Shown here piece after piece: positions 42,125-52,728 of a DNA stretch of 64,000 nucleotides. The notes beneath the pieces were generated by a model. The model was not told where the DNA came from and did not search any database. It saw nothing but the letters and a program-made list of their open reading frames with translations. Each line of letters starts with the position of its first letter. Position 1 is the stretch's first letter. The DNA is from Candidatus Bruticola sp. (GTDB lineage: Bacteria > Vulcanimicrobiota > Xenobia > Xenobiales > Xenobiaceae). The translations under genes and the position numbers were made by a program. Location of the stretch: positions 64,001 to 128,000 of the forward strand of contig JBJEGD010000004.1 of the NCBI GenBank assembly GCA_051874735.1, read 5' to 3'.

Positions 42125-42271
42125 GTATGTCGTTTGAGACTGTAACGAGACTGGGCGTGTTTATTAGTGTTATACCTAACTGGAAGGAGCTTAAACCGTC
42201 AGGCTGTATATAGTTTTTTTGCTTAGGACTTCGTACTTTTTTTTAGTATAGAGGGGCGCTTTATTTCAAGT

Positions 42272-44683
42272 ATGACTGCGGATAACAACACAAATATACA
42301 AGAGTATTTATCTGAAGTAGAGCGCGTGTTTACAGAAATAGTTCCTGCTTGCGTGGGCTACAGTGTGCGCGCTGAGCAGATTAAAATGGCTTTGGCTGCA
42401 GCGGAAGCTATAGCTCAAGGGCAGGTGCTTTTAGCTCAAGCCGGTACGGGTGTAGGCAAAACTTTAGCTTACTTGGTCCCTGGTGTAATCTGGCGTTTGC
42501 GCTACGGAGCAGGCCCTATTTTGGTGGCTACTTATACAACTAATTTACAGCAGCAAATTTTTGATAAAGATTATCCTTTTATGCGCGATCAATTAGGGTT
42601 ATCTTTTCGTTTAGTGCAAGCATTAGGCCGCACTCGCTATTTGTGCCTAATGAGATTTTATCGTTTGCTGAAGCACATTAATCAATATCCTCAATATGTG
42701 CAGATACTCGAAGCTATAAATGATTGTATCGAGATGGGCAATTACTCTCTGTTTCATGCTGAAATTCAGGAAGAAACTGTATCTTTGCGCGGTTTAGCGG
42801 CCGATTTTCGGCGTTTAACTAAGAATCTTTGCCCTTGGGATGATTCAATCTGGCCCCATATTTGCGCTGAATCAATAAGCTGTACTAAAAAAAGTTGTCG
42901 ATATTTTCATAATTGTTATTTTTATAAAGAGAGGGCTCAGCTAGCTGGAGCTGATGTCTGTGTTGCTAATCATGCTCTATTGTGCGCACTGTTGCCTCAA
43001 GATGGTATAAACCGTTTGCTCCCTCAGCTAAGTGCCTGTATTATTGATGAAGCTCATCATTTTGAAGATGTTGCTATGGAACAAATGTCCAGTTCATTTG
43101 ATTGGGCCTACAATAGTAAATTTTTTGATAGTTTTGCCCGTGTTGGTGACAAATTTGAAGCTTATTGGGCCGAGGATCATAAAGAAAATATTTTTATAGA
43201 AGATAACAGTAGAGAGCTGTTTGGGGAAACTTTAGTTCAAATTCCGAGTTTGCGTAGTTCAGAAGCCCACAAGCGTATTTTTCCCTCAGGTTGGTTTAGC
43301 GATATCGCCGAGGCTGTGCAAAGATTAAGTAGTCGTTTGTCTTACGGAAGTGAGGCCGATTTCTTTCGCAGCTTAAGCAGTTTTTATCGAGGTCCTTTTC
43401 AGGCTCTTTATGAAAGTGTGGCTCCTTATTTGCGTAATTTAGAACATTACTATGAAAATAAAGCTTATTGTTCTCTAGATTGTTTTGAACGGGGCTCTCG
43501 CTTAGCTATGCTTAACGATAAGTGGCTATCTGAATCTGGGATTTGGGGAGAAAGATTGGCTGATAGTGCTCAGTCTTTAAAAAATGCAGAAAATAGCTGT
43601 TTGGCTCATCTTAGAGAACTGGAAAGTTTATGGAAAGATATCTCTGAAGAATCAGAAATCAGCCTTAATGAAAATCAGCCGTCTATACTCATTTCAGCCG
43701 CTTTAGATCAGTTTAATGAGTTTATAAATAATTTTCATAATTGTCATGATATTAATGAAAGTAAAGTTTTAATGGGACATTGGTTAGAAAAAAGTAGGCG
43801 CGGTGTGCGCTTGCGAGCCGCTTTTGCTGATGTAAGTGAATATTTAGCTGAAAATTTTTGGAAACAAATGCCTGCTGCTGTAGCTACTTCTGCCACTTTA
43901 AAAGTGGAAAGCAGCTTCGATTTCTTCAGCTGCAGAGTTGGTACGGATAAATTAGAAAAATCTAGAGTTAGCAAAATTACTTGCAGCAGTCCGTTTAATT
44001 ACAAGTCTCAGGCTCTGCTAGCCGTCGCTAATGACTTAGTGCGAGCTGGCGTATCTGAAACTGCTGATGAGTCGTTTTTAACTTGTGCTGTACGTTTTAT
44101 TACTGAAACTGTTAAACTGTGGCAGGGACGTACATTAATTTTAGCTACTTCTCGTTATGAAGTGGAAAAAATTTATGAAATTCTGCATGAACCTCTTTCA
44201 AGATTAGGTATAAATTTAGTAAAGCAAATTAGTAATTTGAGGGCCGATCAGGTAGAGAGAATGCGCCGTGCCCGTCAGCATAAAGAAAAGATTGTACTTA
44301 TAGGCACCGACTCGTTTTGGGAGGGGGTAGACGTCTCAGGAGAAGCGTTGTCCTGTGTAATTATATTGCGCCTGCCTTTTACTTCTCCTGATAATCCGCT
44401 TTTTAAAATTCGTTCTAAACATATTGGCCCCCAAGCTTTTATTAAATATGCTCTGCCAATGGCTGTGTTAAAATTTCGCCAAGGTTTTGGGCGTTTAGTG
44501 CGTACAGAACATGATCGTGGCGTAGTCTTTGTTTTGGACAACCGCTTAGATTTAAAAAAAGGTAAGGGATACCGTCGCAGTTTTTTGAAGTCACTGCCCG
44601 ACTGTTCGATTATTTACAACAAAACTGATGCTCTGCTTCATCAGGCCTTTTATTGGTTTAGAACGGGGCAGCTTGAAAACTAA
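42272..44683 (+). CDS. DinG/YoaA-family ATP-dependent helicase
   Basis: QAGTGVGKT, Fe-S Cys cluster (YLC...C...C...C), DEAHH, FWEGVD, RLPF, QGFGRLVR. Confidence 0.92.
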   Translation: MTADNNTNIQEYLSEVERVFTEIVPACVGYSVRAEQIKMALAAAEAIAQGQVLLAQAGTGVGKTLAYLVPGVIWRLRYGAGPILVATYTTNLQQQIFDKDYPFMRDQLGLSFRLVQALGRTRYLCLMRFYRLLKHINQYPQYVQILEAINDCIEMGNYSLFHAEIQEETVSLRGLAADFRRLTKNLCPWDDSIWPHICAESISCTKKSCRYFHNCYFYKERAQLAGADVCVANHALLCALLPQDGINRLLPQLSACIIDEAHHFEDVAMEQMSSSFDWAYNSKFFDSFARVGDKFEAYWAEDHKENIFIEDNSRELFGETLVQIPSLRSSEAHKRIFPSGWFSDIAEAVQRLSSRLSYGSEADFFRSLSSFYRGPFQALYESVAPYLRNLEHYYENKAYCSLDCFERGSRLAMLNDKWLSESGIWGERLADSAQSLKNAENSCLAHLRELESLWKDISEESEISLNENQPSILISAALDQFNEFINNFHNCHDINESKVLMGHWLEKSRRGVRLRAAFADVSEYLAENFWKQMPAAVATSATLKVESSFDFFSCRVGTDKLEKSRVSKITCSSPFNYKSQALLAVANDLVRAGVSETADESFLTCAVRFITETVKLWQGRTLILATSRYEVEKIYEILHEPLSRLGINLVKQISNLRADQVERMRRARQHKEKIVLIGTDSFWEGVDVSGEALSCVIILRLPFTSPDNPLFKIRSKHIGPQAFIKYALPMAVLKFRQGFGRLVRTEHDRGVVFVLDNRLDLKKGKGYRRSFLKSLPDCSIIYNKTDALLHQAFYWFRTGQLEN

Positions 44684-44704
44684 GCAACAGCCAAATAAGT
44701 AATT

Positions 44705-46267
44705 TTAAATGTCTGTTTCGATGCCTCCTTTCTTTGCCTTACGATCCTTGTCATCTACTAGTAGCTCACGTTTTAGGGTAATTTGAACTACGTTGTGGGA
44801 CATGCGGGCTCTATTTTTGGGCAACCTGGCAATAAAACCGCGCCATCCCCAGCGTTTTTTATCGTAGTCAAATAGATTGCGCTCTTCAACAACTCTAATG
44901 GCTTTGCACCATTTTTGTACTTCAAAAACATTCTGCAAAGTCCATAAAATTCTGGGACGCTGAGCACTCTCAGTTACATTGCTCATTTTTTTTGAAGAAT
45001 ATTTGGCATTTCTTTTTCGGGTTTTATCGGGAGCAGGTAAAGTAAGCTGATGATTTTCTTTCATTTCTTCATAAGAGGGTAGATCGAAAATTACATCAAT
45101 ATGGGCAAACTTGTGCGCTAATTTAGTAAGAAAATTCTTTATGGTATCTAACTCTATATAAGCAAAAATATCTTGAGCAATAATGACTTTGGGTTCATCT
45201 GCTTTGCTGATATTGTCTATCCAAGTAAAATCGGTGATGTTTTTAGCAATAACTTCTAATTTATCTGCTTTACTGAAAAAAGCTCTGCGCAGATCGAGAT
45301 TGAGAGGAACGTCTATATCTATCCATTTTTTATAATCTTTTTGCGGAATACGATGCAGGCGTGTATCCAGTCCAGGAGCTAGATTGATAATAGTAACGTC
45401 GTGATTTTTTTCTAAGAAGTTCTTAAGCATGCGATCTATTAGGTAGTCGCGCACTGCTAAGCCAACTTGATCAATGCCTAAATCAGCAAAATAGCTAAAA
45501 TCGTAGTTGATATTGCTGACAACGTCGAGAGCATTTTGATCGTCTAAAATGGGGACAGGCTGGCGAGATTCTAATGCTCTAGCCCATAAAGCGGCTAGTG
45601 TATTGTACGGATTACCCATATAAAAAAAAGGAATACGTCTGAAAACGCCGTCTTTTTGGGCGGTCAGACAGATTTTTCCATCTTCGCTGGTATTTACTTT
45701 GATATTGATGAACTTAGCTTGTTTGACAAAGTTATGCAGCTCTTCTGAGGTATAAACCCGCATACCAGGAATAAGATCGGTGTGTTTTTTAGAAGCTTCA
45801 GGGTCAAAACTGTCACAATATACGGCTACAGTTCCTCCTGGTTTGAGAACACGGTAAATTTCATTGAAAGCTTTTTCGACGTCTGTCCAAAAATATACAG
45901 TTTCGGAAGCAGTAACTACGTCGAACCAGGTATCAGAAAAAGGCAAATCGCAGACATCACCTAGTACGATTTTGGCCAATCCCATATTGACAGTTTCTTT
46001 ATTGTACGCTTCAGAAGCCTTGACGCTCAAAGGAGAGATATCTACGCCGTAAATTAAAGCGCTATGACATTTTTTGCGCAGCATGGCAATGTGATGTCCT
46101 CCGCCGCAACCTACATCGAGGACCGTTCCATTGATAGGAATTTCAAAAAATTGGCTGGCAAAGTGGAATAAAGGTATATGCTCTTTATTCATGCGCCGTA
46201 GAACGTAAGCTCCTCCCCATTTTATGCCGGGATTTGCAAAATTATGCATCCATTGCTTAAAAAACAC
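44705..46267 (-). CDS. two-domain SAM methyltransferase (UbiE-like N-domain fused to an LCM/TcmP-like domain)
   Basis: VLDVGCGGG...ETVYFW...RVLKPGG, then LWARALES...INLAPGLDTR...DITDFTW-like motifs. Confidence 0.8.
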   Translation of the reverse strand: MFFKQWMHNFANPGIKWGGAYVLRRMNKEHIPLFHFASQFFEIPINGTVLDVGCGGGHHIAMLRKKCHSALIYGVDISPLSVKASEAYNKETVNMGLAKIVLGDVCDLPFSDTWFDVVTASETVYFWTDVEKAFNEIYRVLKPGGTVAVYCDSFDPEASKKHTDLIPGMRVYTSEELHNFVKQAKFINIKVNTSEDGKICLTAQKDGVFRRIPFFYMGNPYNTLAALWARALESRQPVPILDDQNALDVVSNINYDFSYFADLGIDQVGLAVRDYLIDRMLKNFLEKNHDVTIINLAPGLDTRLHRIPQKDYKKWIDIDVPLNLDLRRAFFSKADKLEVIAKNITDFTWIDNISKADEPKVIIAQDIFAYIELDTIKNFLTKLAHKFAHIDVIFDLPSYEEMKENHQLTLPAPDKTRKRNAKYSSKKMSNVTESAQRPRILWTLQNVFEVQKWCKAIRVVEERNLFDYDKKRWGWRGFIARLPKNRARMSHNVVQITLKRELLVDDKDRKAKKGGIETDI

Positions 46268-46384
46268 AGGTCAAAAATCTCCGCTGCTTATAAAAAATAA
46301 GGCAAAAAAGCTGCGCTGAAAATTATACCACATACATATGACAAACTGAAAAATCTTAGATAGTAAAATGGAATGTTTAAAACT

Positions 46385-47665
46385 CTATAGTGACGATTTT
46401 GTTTCTATGCTGTTAGCAAAAACGTTGAGCTTAATATGATCTCCAGGAAAACGGCAGCAATTAGTCATAGTCGGTTGAAAATATCGATAGTTTACAGGTT
46501 CATCCCATTCATAAAAAACATTGTGTCCGCATTGAAGCAGCAGATTATGGATAATTATCACCCAAGCGGCTGTTATAATTAGCTTGTGCCAGTTTAATGA
46601 GGATAAATAATTTATTCCTATAGCTGTGAGCAGCGCAAAGGCTGGCATAATAAAAATGAGATTGCGGGTAATAATCAGAGGTTGAATTAGTATGGATAAG
46701 ATTACATGCAGCAGCAAAGGTACTACTAACCACGCAGCCAAAGTTAAATAGAGCAAATCCCCTTTATTATGATATTCTTGCCAAGCTCTGTATAGACCGG
46801 CTATTAAAAAAATCAGTATTGAGAGTAAAGTAACTATTGAACTAATAGAATATAAATATTCTTTTAAACCAGCCTGACTGCAAAAAATATTTACTCCCAG
46901 TTGCCAACTTAATTCAGGATAGCTGTCCATTCTGGCTAGAGCTCCCCGATCAAAAAACGGCATTGGCAGAGCTGTAGCTAAGGCTGTTAAAATTGAAGCT
47001 ATTAAACCGGACTTTAAACGCACTCTAGCTGGATCTTTTGTAGAAGTGCGTTTTATAGCTAAACTTAGAATTAGCCAATGAGCCGGCAGTAAAGTAATAT
47101 TGTTTAAACTAATACCGATGTTAACTGCGGACATCACTATATATAGAAGCCAATTTTTTATATTGGGTTTGGCTAAAATATTAAAAAGTATTATGGTTAA
47201 AAGAATAGCAGCCAAAAGACTAAAAATGTGGTAGCGCAAATAATTTGAGTAGTATTGATGACATCCGTTAATGCTGAGTAGGGCAACAGCTAGTAAAGAG
47301 ATCCAGATAGAGGAGCAGCGCTTTCCTAAATGAAATAATGCCCACAAACTTAATATCCCCCCTATAAGTGAGCTAAAGCGATAGGCTGAAGTGGTTATAT
47401 CGCCCAATACTAGACAGCAGAACTCCTGCCAAGGATGCTGAATAAATTTATAATAGAATATGCCGTTAATTTCTATGGGCTCAGCTCCATGCTCGGGATA
47501 TATATATTCGCTTATAGAGCGGAAAGCAAGCGTATTGGTGCCTGGTTCATCTCGATATAAGCCGCAGCCCCTAAATTGGCCTGACCTAATAAAAAAAGCT
47601 CCGCTTAGCAGACATAATAAAAGGAAATATATGGTAATTTTAGTGTACAGAGAAGAAAATGTCAT
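46385..47665 (-). CDS. GT-C (ArnT/PMT-like) membrane glycosyltransferase
   Basis: DE motif after TM1, YRFSSLIGG, YYSNYLRY, many TM helices. Confidence 0.7.
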   Translation of the reverse strand: MTFSSLYTKITIYFLLLCLLSGAFFIRSGQFRGCGLYRDEPGTNTLAFRSISEYIYPEHGAEPIEINGIFYYKFIQHPWQEFCCLVLGDITTSAYRFSSLIGGILSLWALFHLGKRCSSIWISLLAVALLSINGCHQYYSNYLRYHIFSLLAAILLTIILFNILAKPNIKNWLLYIVMSAVNIGISLNNITLLPAHWLILSLAIKRTSTKDPARVRLKSGLIASILTALATALPMPFFDRGALARMDSYPELSWQLGVNIFCSQAGLKEYLYSISSIVTLLSILIFLIAGLYRAWQEYHNKGDLLYLTLAAWLVVPLLLHVILSILIQPLIITRNLIFIMPAFALLTAIGINYLSSLNWHKLIITAAWVIIIHNLLLQCGHNVFYEWDEPVNYRYFQPTMTNCCRFPGDHIKLNVFANSIETKSSL

Positions 47666-48459
47666 AATTTAAAAAGTAAGCGTAAGTTATTTAAACAGCA
47701 GTTTTGAAAGTAACTACTTTCTACATTCCAATATGGGGCCATTGTTTGAGCTAAATTAAAAATTTGCTGCTGATTTAGCAATCCCCAGGGAGCATCGCTT
47801 TCCAAAATTAAGTTTTGTACGGGAATAACCTCAGCTAATAATTTTAATTTAACAGCAGAGGGACTGTTAGCCGAAGCTGTAGCGGCAGTGATGATTCGGC
47901 TGTTAAGGGAAATAAAAAATTTCATATTAATTAGACGTTTTCCTAATTCAGGACTGCCCCAGAATGAGTGAATGAGTAGTTTAGGACTATTCAAAAATTC
48001 ACATCTTTTAAATTCGGCCAGCATTTCAAATAGTTGGTTGTAGGCTTTTACGCAGTGAATAACCGCGGGTAGTTGATATTTAGCGGCCAGACAGTACTGG
48101 CGGTAAAAAAGTTCTTTTTGTAAAGCAAGATCTGCTTGGGGGTTGTGTATACGGTCGAAGCCTATTTCTCCTATACCGCAAGGCAGAGATGTCTCTTGGA
48201 GCAAACTTTCTAAAATATGCAGCCAATCATTTATTTTACGGGCACCGTTGTGCCTTGAATTCGATTCTGCGGCCGCTTGCCAGGGATGAATGCCCAAAAC
48301 GAAAGGACTTCCAGTCTCTTTCCCCCAACGGCGCAGCTCTTCCCATTGCTGAGGAGATGAGGAGGCGCCCACACCTTTAATTTTATAAATATTTGCTTTA
48401 TGGTTATTCTCTGCTTTAGCAAGGCAGTCTAGAGGATGAAAATGGCCGTCTAAGAGCAA
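47662..48459 (-). CDS. TatD-family metal-dependent DNase
   Basis: DGHFH, GIHPW, GEIGFD, IHCVKA, HSF, ESDAP. Confidence 0.9.
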   Translation of the reverse strand: MLLDGHFHPLDCLAKAENNHKANIYKIKGVGASSSPQQWEELRRWGKETGSPFVLGIHPWQAAAESNSRHNGARKINDWLHILESLLQETSLPCGIGEIGFDRIHNPQADLALQKELFYRQYCLAAKYQLPAVIHCVKAYNQLFEMLAEFKRCEFLNSPKLLIHSFWGSPELGKRLINMKFFISLNSRIITAATASANSPSAVKLKLLAEVIPVQNLILESDAPWGLLNQQQIFNLAQTMAPYWNVESSYFQNCCLNNLRLLFKL

Positions 48460-48649
48460 GTTGTTGTATTTCTCCTTGTTGCTGGGGACCGTTATATTTT
48501 TGGCGTTATTATATAGCTTGGTGAGTTAAAGTTTGCAATATATCAAAGATTCAAGGTTGCAAAAAGGATCTGGCTCCCTTATTAGGAAGCTCTTTTGCGT
48601 TTGCTGAAAGGCATCTTATTTTTGCCATGCTGAATTGGAGGAATATAAT

Positions 48650-49162
48650 ATGAAAATTACTGAGGCTATCGCTAAGCGCCGCAGTGTCCGCCGTTATAAA
48701 GCTGGAGAGGTTATTCCTCGCGAACATTTTAAGCAAATTTTAGAGGCAGCTATGATGGCGCCTAGTGCCTGTAATTCTCGTCCTTGGGAGTTTTACGTAG
48801 TCTCCGATCGCCAGACTCTCAATCGTTTGCAGAAGGTTATGCCTTATGCTTCTATGCTCAGTACTGCTTCGGCCGCTATAGTTGTTTACGCTTTGCCTGA
48901 AGTACAGAAGGGTGGCATCCCTGAAGGATATTGGGTGGTAGATTGCGGAGCCTGCACAGAAAATATTCTTTTGGAAGCCGCCAATTTGGGATACGGAACT
49001 TGTTGGTGCGGAGTCTATCCCAAAGAGAAAAATATTGAGGGTATATGCTCTGTATTAGGTACTAAGGGAGTGCCCTACAGCTTAATAGCTATAGGTGTGC
49101 CTGATGAAGATCCAGCAGCTAGAGGTCATTACGAAGCCTCTAAAGTTCACTTTATTGAATAA
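48650..49162 (+). CDS. nitroreductase family protein
   Basis: RRSVRRY, APSACNSRPWEF, GYGTCW. Confidence 0.93.
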   Translation: MKITEAIAKRRSVRRYKAGEVIPREHFKQILEAAMMAPSACNSRPWEFYVVSDRQTLNRLQKVMPYASMLSTASAAIVVYALPEVQKGGIPEGYWVVDCGACTENILLEAANLGYGTCWCGVYPKEKNIEGICSVLGTKGVPYSLIAIGVPDEDPAARGHYEASKVHFIE

Positions 49163-49196
49163 TTATATACCCTTTAGTTGCTGAGGGGCCGCCCAT

Positions 49197-49240
49197 AAGG
49201 GCCCTGCGTTCTTTATAAGAATAAAAAACGCAGGGCCCTT
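49197..49240. terminator. hairpin between convergent genes (likely bidirectional terminator)
   Basis: Perfect 14-bp stem AAGGGCCCTGCGTT/AACGCAGGGCCCTT. Confidence 0.7.
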
Positions 49241-49244
49241 TACT

Positions 49245-51803
49245 TTAGTTGTTTACAACGCGTTTAAAAGCTTCAACGACTTGGGGATCGAAAGCTGAAC
49301 CGGAACCACCTGAGATAATTTCCACTGCATCGTGAGCACTATAAGTTTTGCTGCCAGGACGCCGCTGCGTTAAGGCTTCAAAAGCATCGCATACAGCAAT
49401 AATGCGCGCTGCTATAGGTATACGATCGCCGGTTAGACTATCTGGCCCTCCACGTCCGTCCCAGCGTTCGTGATGCGCTCTAACTACGGGACAGAGAGCA
49501 CGCAGGCTTGGAACAGTATTGATAATCTCTTCGCTGAAGCGAGCGTGATCTTTAAATAAATCGTACTCCTCTGTTTCCAGATGGCGTATGGTTTGCAACA
49601 GCCATTCTGGCCAACGCAAGCGGCGAGCCCCCTTTTCATGAAGAGTTTGCATATACTCCTCAGAAGTCAAATAATTGTAAAGCTCATTGAGCTTCTCAGG
49701 GCTCTCTTGCTGCATAAGTATGTCCAATTCACCTATATCTTTGAACATTGAACCATACTCGATTTGACGGCGCGTCCTAATATCTTCAATTTTCATTTCA
49801 GCAGCAATTTTGCTACCCAATTCCGCTGTTCTGACAAAATGATCGTAAGCGACCCGTCCTCCTAAACGAATCATCATAATAGCTCCGTTGATAGCTTTCT
49901 CTTCAGCATTCTGCACACCAGTTTGAGAATCGTAAAGCTGTTGAAAGAGATCAGAAATAACTGGCCTCTCAGCGGCGTTGCTGGCACCGTAACGTCGGCT
50001 GCTGGCTGGAATATATTTAGTGCGCATACCTTCCATATGCAGCGGAGCTTTGAAGCTGAGTAAGAATCTGCCAATCCACCCGGTGTCAATGGCGCCCAGA
50101 TATTCAGGCAAAGGCAGAGATGTTGAGGAAAAATGAAGTGGATATTTAGTATCTAGAGCCTTCATGCGCTTAGAGTCGGCATCTTTAATCAGACTTTCTT
50201 CTTCGCTGTCAGAGCCATAATAACCGCAGGCTTGACTAAGCTTTAGCATGTTTGCTCGATTGGTATTTACAGCCATAGCGGAACTTAAAGAAGATGACCT
50301 GAGGCTGCTTCTGCCCGATGACGACATAGAGTTGCCCAGCATACCGTCTGAAACCATTTTTATAGGAGTACTGCTGCGAGCAATCTGTCTTTTGACTCTA
50401 GGCTGGAATAAATAATCTAGTATCGGAGAAAAGACTGGCAAACGTGAATTAGCGGGTCGCCCTCCAAAATTAAGAGCTAATTCTAAGCGAATCTTGGCCA
50501 TAGGCACACTTGAATCAACTGGAATACTAGCTTGCTGATAGTCCGCTTGCCCTGCTGCTGTTTTTTTCTGAGACTGAGAGTTCATAGCAAAGGGCATATT
50601 CGCTTGACGGAATGCTGGTATTGAAGGTATCGTCATAGACGCATTCCCCAACTGAGCGGTGCCTGGAGCTGTTATGGGTTTGCCTACTAAAGGAGGCAAA
50701 GTTGAAGCTTGGGGAGTGGCATTTAAGGCAAAGTTTGCCGTGGCATTTTCAGCAACAGCTGGTGTAGCATTACTATTTGAATCTGGAACAGTGGTTCCCT
50801 CTTCTTTAGGTTCCGAATCTGCATCGGGGGTGGTAATTTCGTTATTTATAGAAGGAATGAGGGGAATCTGTCCAGCTTTAGGAGTGAAAGTGGAGGCAAA
50901 AACTAACTTATGTTCTTCATTAGCTTGAGCTCTAGCTTCTTTGCGGCTTATTTCACGAAAAGGCGACTTGGTAAGCTGATTCATAATCAATTTACTTGAA
51001 GAGGCTTGAAGTTGCGGAGCCGCATTGGGATTTTGTAGAGGGGTAGAAGCTAATGGAGTAAAAGGAGTAGCCTTAGAGAAAACCTTGCGAGGGGCTACCT
51101 TAGGAATGTAAGTCTGATTGTTGCCTTCCTCTTCTTCTTTTTTCTTAGCTGCACTGCGAAGTGTATAAGGCAAAGCTTCTTGTTTCAAAGTTTGCTTAGC
51201 CCAAGACGTATTTTTATCAACACTGCCGCTAAGATCGATGCGTTGTCTAGCTGCCGTTTCATTTAGAATAACTTGAGTTCTGTCTAGCTGCCGCTCAGAA
51301 CTGACTCCGCGCAGTATGTCTTCAATATTGACTTCCTTTTCCAGCAATTCCGCTCCACTGGGTAACTCTGGCTCGGGGACATACTTAAGATGCTGAGCAG
51401 AAATAAGAGCTGTTTTTAAGCTTTCTGATTCTTTAGGCGGAGTAGCGGCAGCGCTTATAGGAGATGTCGTTTTAGATGCGCTAAGATCGCGCAGCTTCTT
51501 AAGAGTTTCTGAATTGAAAGAGTCATTGGGAGCTTTTTGCAGTTCTTCATCGCCGTCTGATCCTATAGGGGTATTCTTTAAATAGGCCCTAATTTTTTTA
51601 TTTAATTCATCGTATATAGACAGAAGCTCTTTAGGAGTAGGCGGAGGGGATTTTTTCTTAGGCTTAGAACCGGGCAAATTATTGTTAATGTCGGGGCTGC
51701 CGGTTCCGCTTGCAGAAGCACGGGATATTCCTAAAGAAGCAGAATTTTTCAGGCCACTGTTGTTTTGGGACGATGACGAATTGTTATGATTGCTTAATGT
51801 CAT
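49245..51803 (-). CDS. HD-GYP-like domain protein with a long disordered N-terminus and degenerate active site
   Basis: HHERWDG, IPIAARIIAVCDAFEALT, FDPQVV; HD replaced by KD and GYP by GGP. Confidence 0.85.
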   Translation of the reverse strand: MTLSNHNNSSSSQNNSGLKNSASLGISRASASGTGSPDINNNLPGSKPKKKSPPPTPKELLSIYDELNKKIRAYLKNTPIGSDGDEELQKAPNDSFNSETLKKLRDLSASKTTSPISAAATPPKESESLKTALISAQHLKYVPEPELPSGAELLEKEVNIEDILRGVSSERQLDRTQVILNETAARQRIDLSGSVDKNTSWAKQTLKQEALPYTLRSAAKKKEEEEGNNQTYIPKVAPRKVFSKATPFTPLASTPLQNPNAAPQLQASSSKLIMNQLTKSPFREISRKEARAQANEEHKLVFASTFTPKAGQIPLIPSINNEITTPDADSEPKEEGTTVPDSNSNATPAVAENATANFALNATPQASTLPPLVGKPITAPGTAQLGNASMTIPSIPAFRQANMPFAMNSQSQKKTAAGQADYQQASIPVDSSVPMAKIRLELALNFGGRPANSRLPVFSPILDYLFQPRVKRQIARSSTPIKMVSDGMLGNSMSSSGRSSLRSSSLSSAMAVNTNRANMLKLSQACGYYGSDSEEESLIKDADSKRMKALDTKYPLHFSSTSLPLPEYLGAIDTGWIGRFLLSFKAPLHMEGMRTKYIPASSRRYGASNAAERPVISDLFQQLYDSQTGVQNAEEKAINGAIMMIRLGGRVAYDHFVRTAELGSKIAAEMKIEDIRTRRQIEYGSMFKDIGELDILMQQESPEKLNELYNYLTSEEYMQTLHEKGARRLRWPEWLLQTIRHLETEEYDLFKDHARFSEEIINTVPSLRALCPVVRAHHERWDGRGGPDSLTGDRIPIAARIIAVCDAFEALTQRRPGSKTYSAHDAVEIISGGSGSAFDPQVVEAFKRVVNN

Positions 51804-51933
51804 AGCTGGCTCACCTGCAAAATAAGGTACAGTTTGTACTGTTAAGCACTATTTGTACTGTAGGCTCTTACAGTATATGAGGTTATAAGAAAATTACGGC
51901 AATATTAGGCCTAAAAGATTATTTTTTTTACAA

Positions 51934-52533
51934 TTACAATCTGTCGTCGCCCTGAAAGTCATCTGGATCTAAATTGTTTATGAATTGTGATAAAGTGTCG
52001 TCTTCTTCAGTAAGTTCTTCGATAACATTTGTTGGGGCCGAAGATTTAGGTAGTTCCTGATCTTCTTTGTCTGCATCTTCACGGCCTACGTAAAAGACGT
52101 CTTCATCAGCAGCAGGAGCATCAAAGCTTATACCTTTAATGCCTTCTGAGAGTAGTACTTCTTCTTCGGCATAAATAGGAGCTCCCGTTCTCAAAGCTAC
52201 AGCTATACTGTCAGACGGTCGGGCGTCAATAGAAATTTCCTGTCCATCTTTTACTAAAGTCAGTTTGGCATAAAAAGTACTGCGCACGACCTTAGTGATT
52301 ATTACCTCTTTAAGTGAGGCACCGAGCTCTTCAATGATAGTTTTTATTAAATCGTGAGAAGTAGGACGAGGCACCTCGGTGCCTTCCATAGCTAAAGCAA
52401 TAGCTGTAGCTTCGAATACGCCGATAGTTATGGGAAGACTATGACCCTGGCTCTCGTCTGTGAGAATAACTACAGGGTCGTGGGCGATAAGATCTATACC
52501 TAATTTATAGACTTGCATCCTGCGAAGAGCCAT
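51934..52533 (-). CDS. bifunctional nuclease (DUF151) family protein
   Basis: LPITIGVFEA, PRPTSHDL, IDARPSDSIAVALR. Confidence 0.92.
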   Translation of the reverse strand: MALRRMQVYKLGIDLIAHDPVVILTDESQGHSLPITIGVFEATAIALAMEGTEVPRPTSHDLIKTIIEELGASLKEVIITKVVRSTFYAKLTLVKDGQEISIDARPSDSIAVALRTGAPIYAEEEVLLSEGIKGISFDAPAADEDVFYVGREDADKEDQELPKSSAPTNVIEELTEEDDTLSQFINNLDPDDFQGDDRL

Positions 52534-52728
52534 ATATGGGGGAAACCTTTCACTGCGGGAACATGTATTTTTATCCCGTTTCTTCTTTCTATTATTAAAG
52601 GAACAGTTTCGACTAGTGCTTTCTAGATCCTAGTTATAAGTATGAAACTATAAAATAGTATCAGATAGAAGGCGGAGATCTTTTTAGATAGTAGAAAGGC
52701 AAGTTTTCAATTAGGAGTTTTTATCAAT

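Noticed and set aside
42272-48459. DinG, TatD and methyltransferase as a defence system (e.g. type IV CRISPR DinG)
   Set aside because: Convergent orientation, housekeeping-type motifs, no cas genes or array
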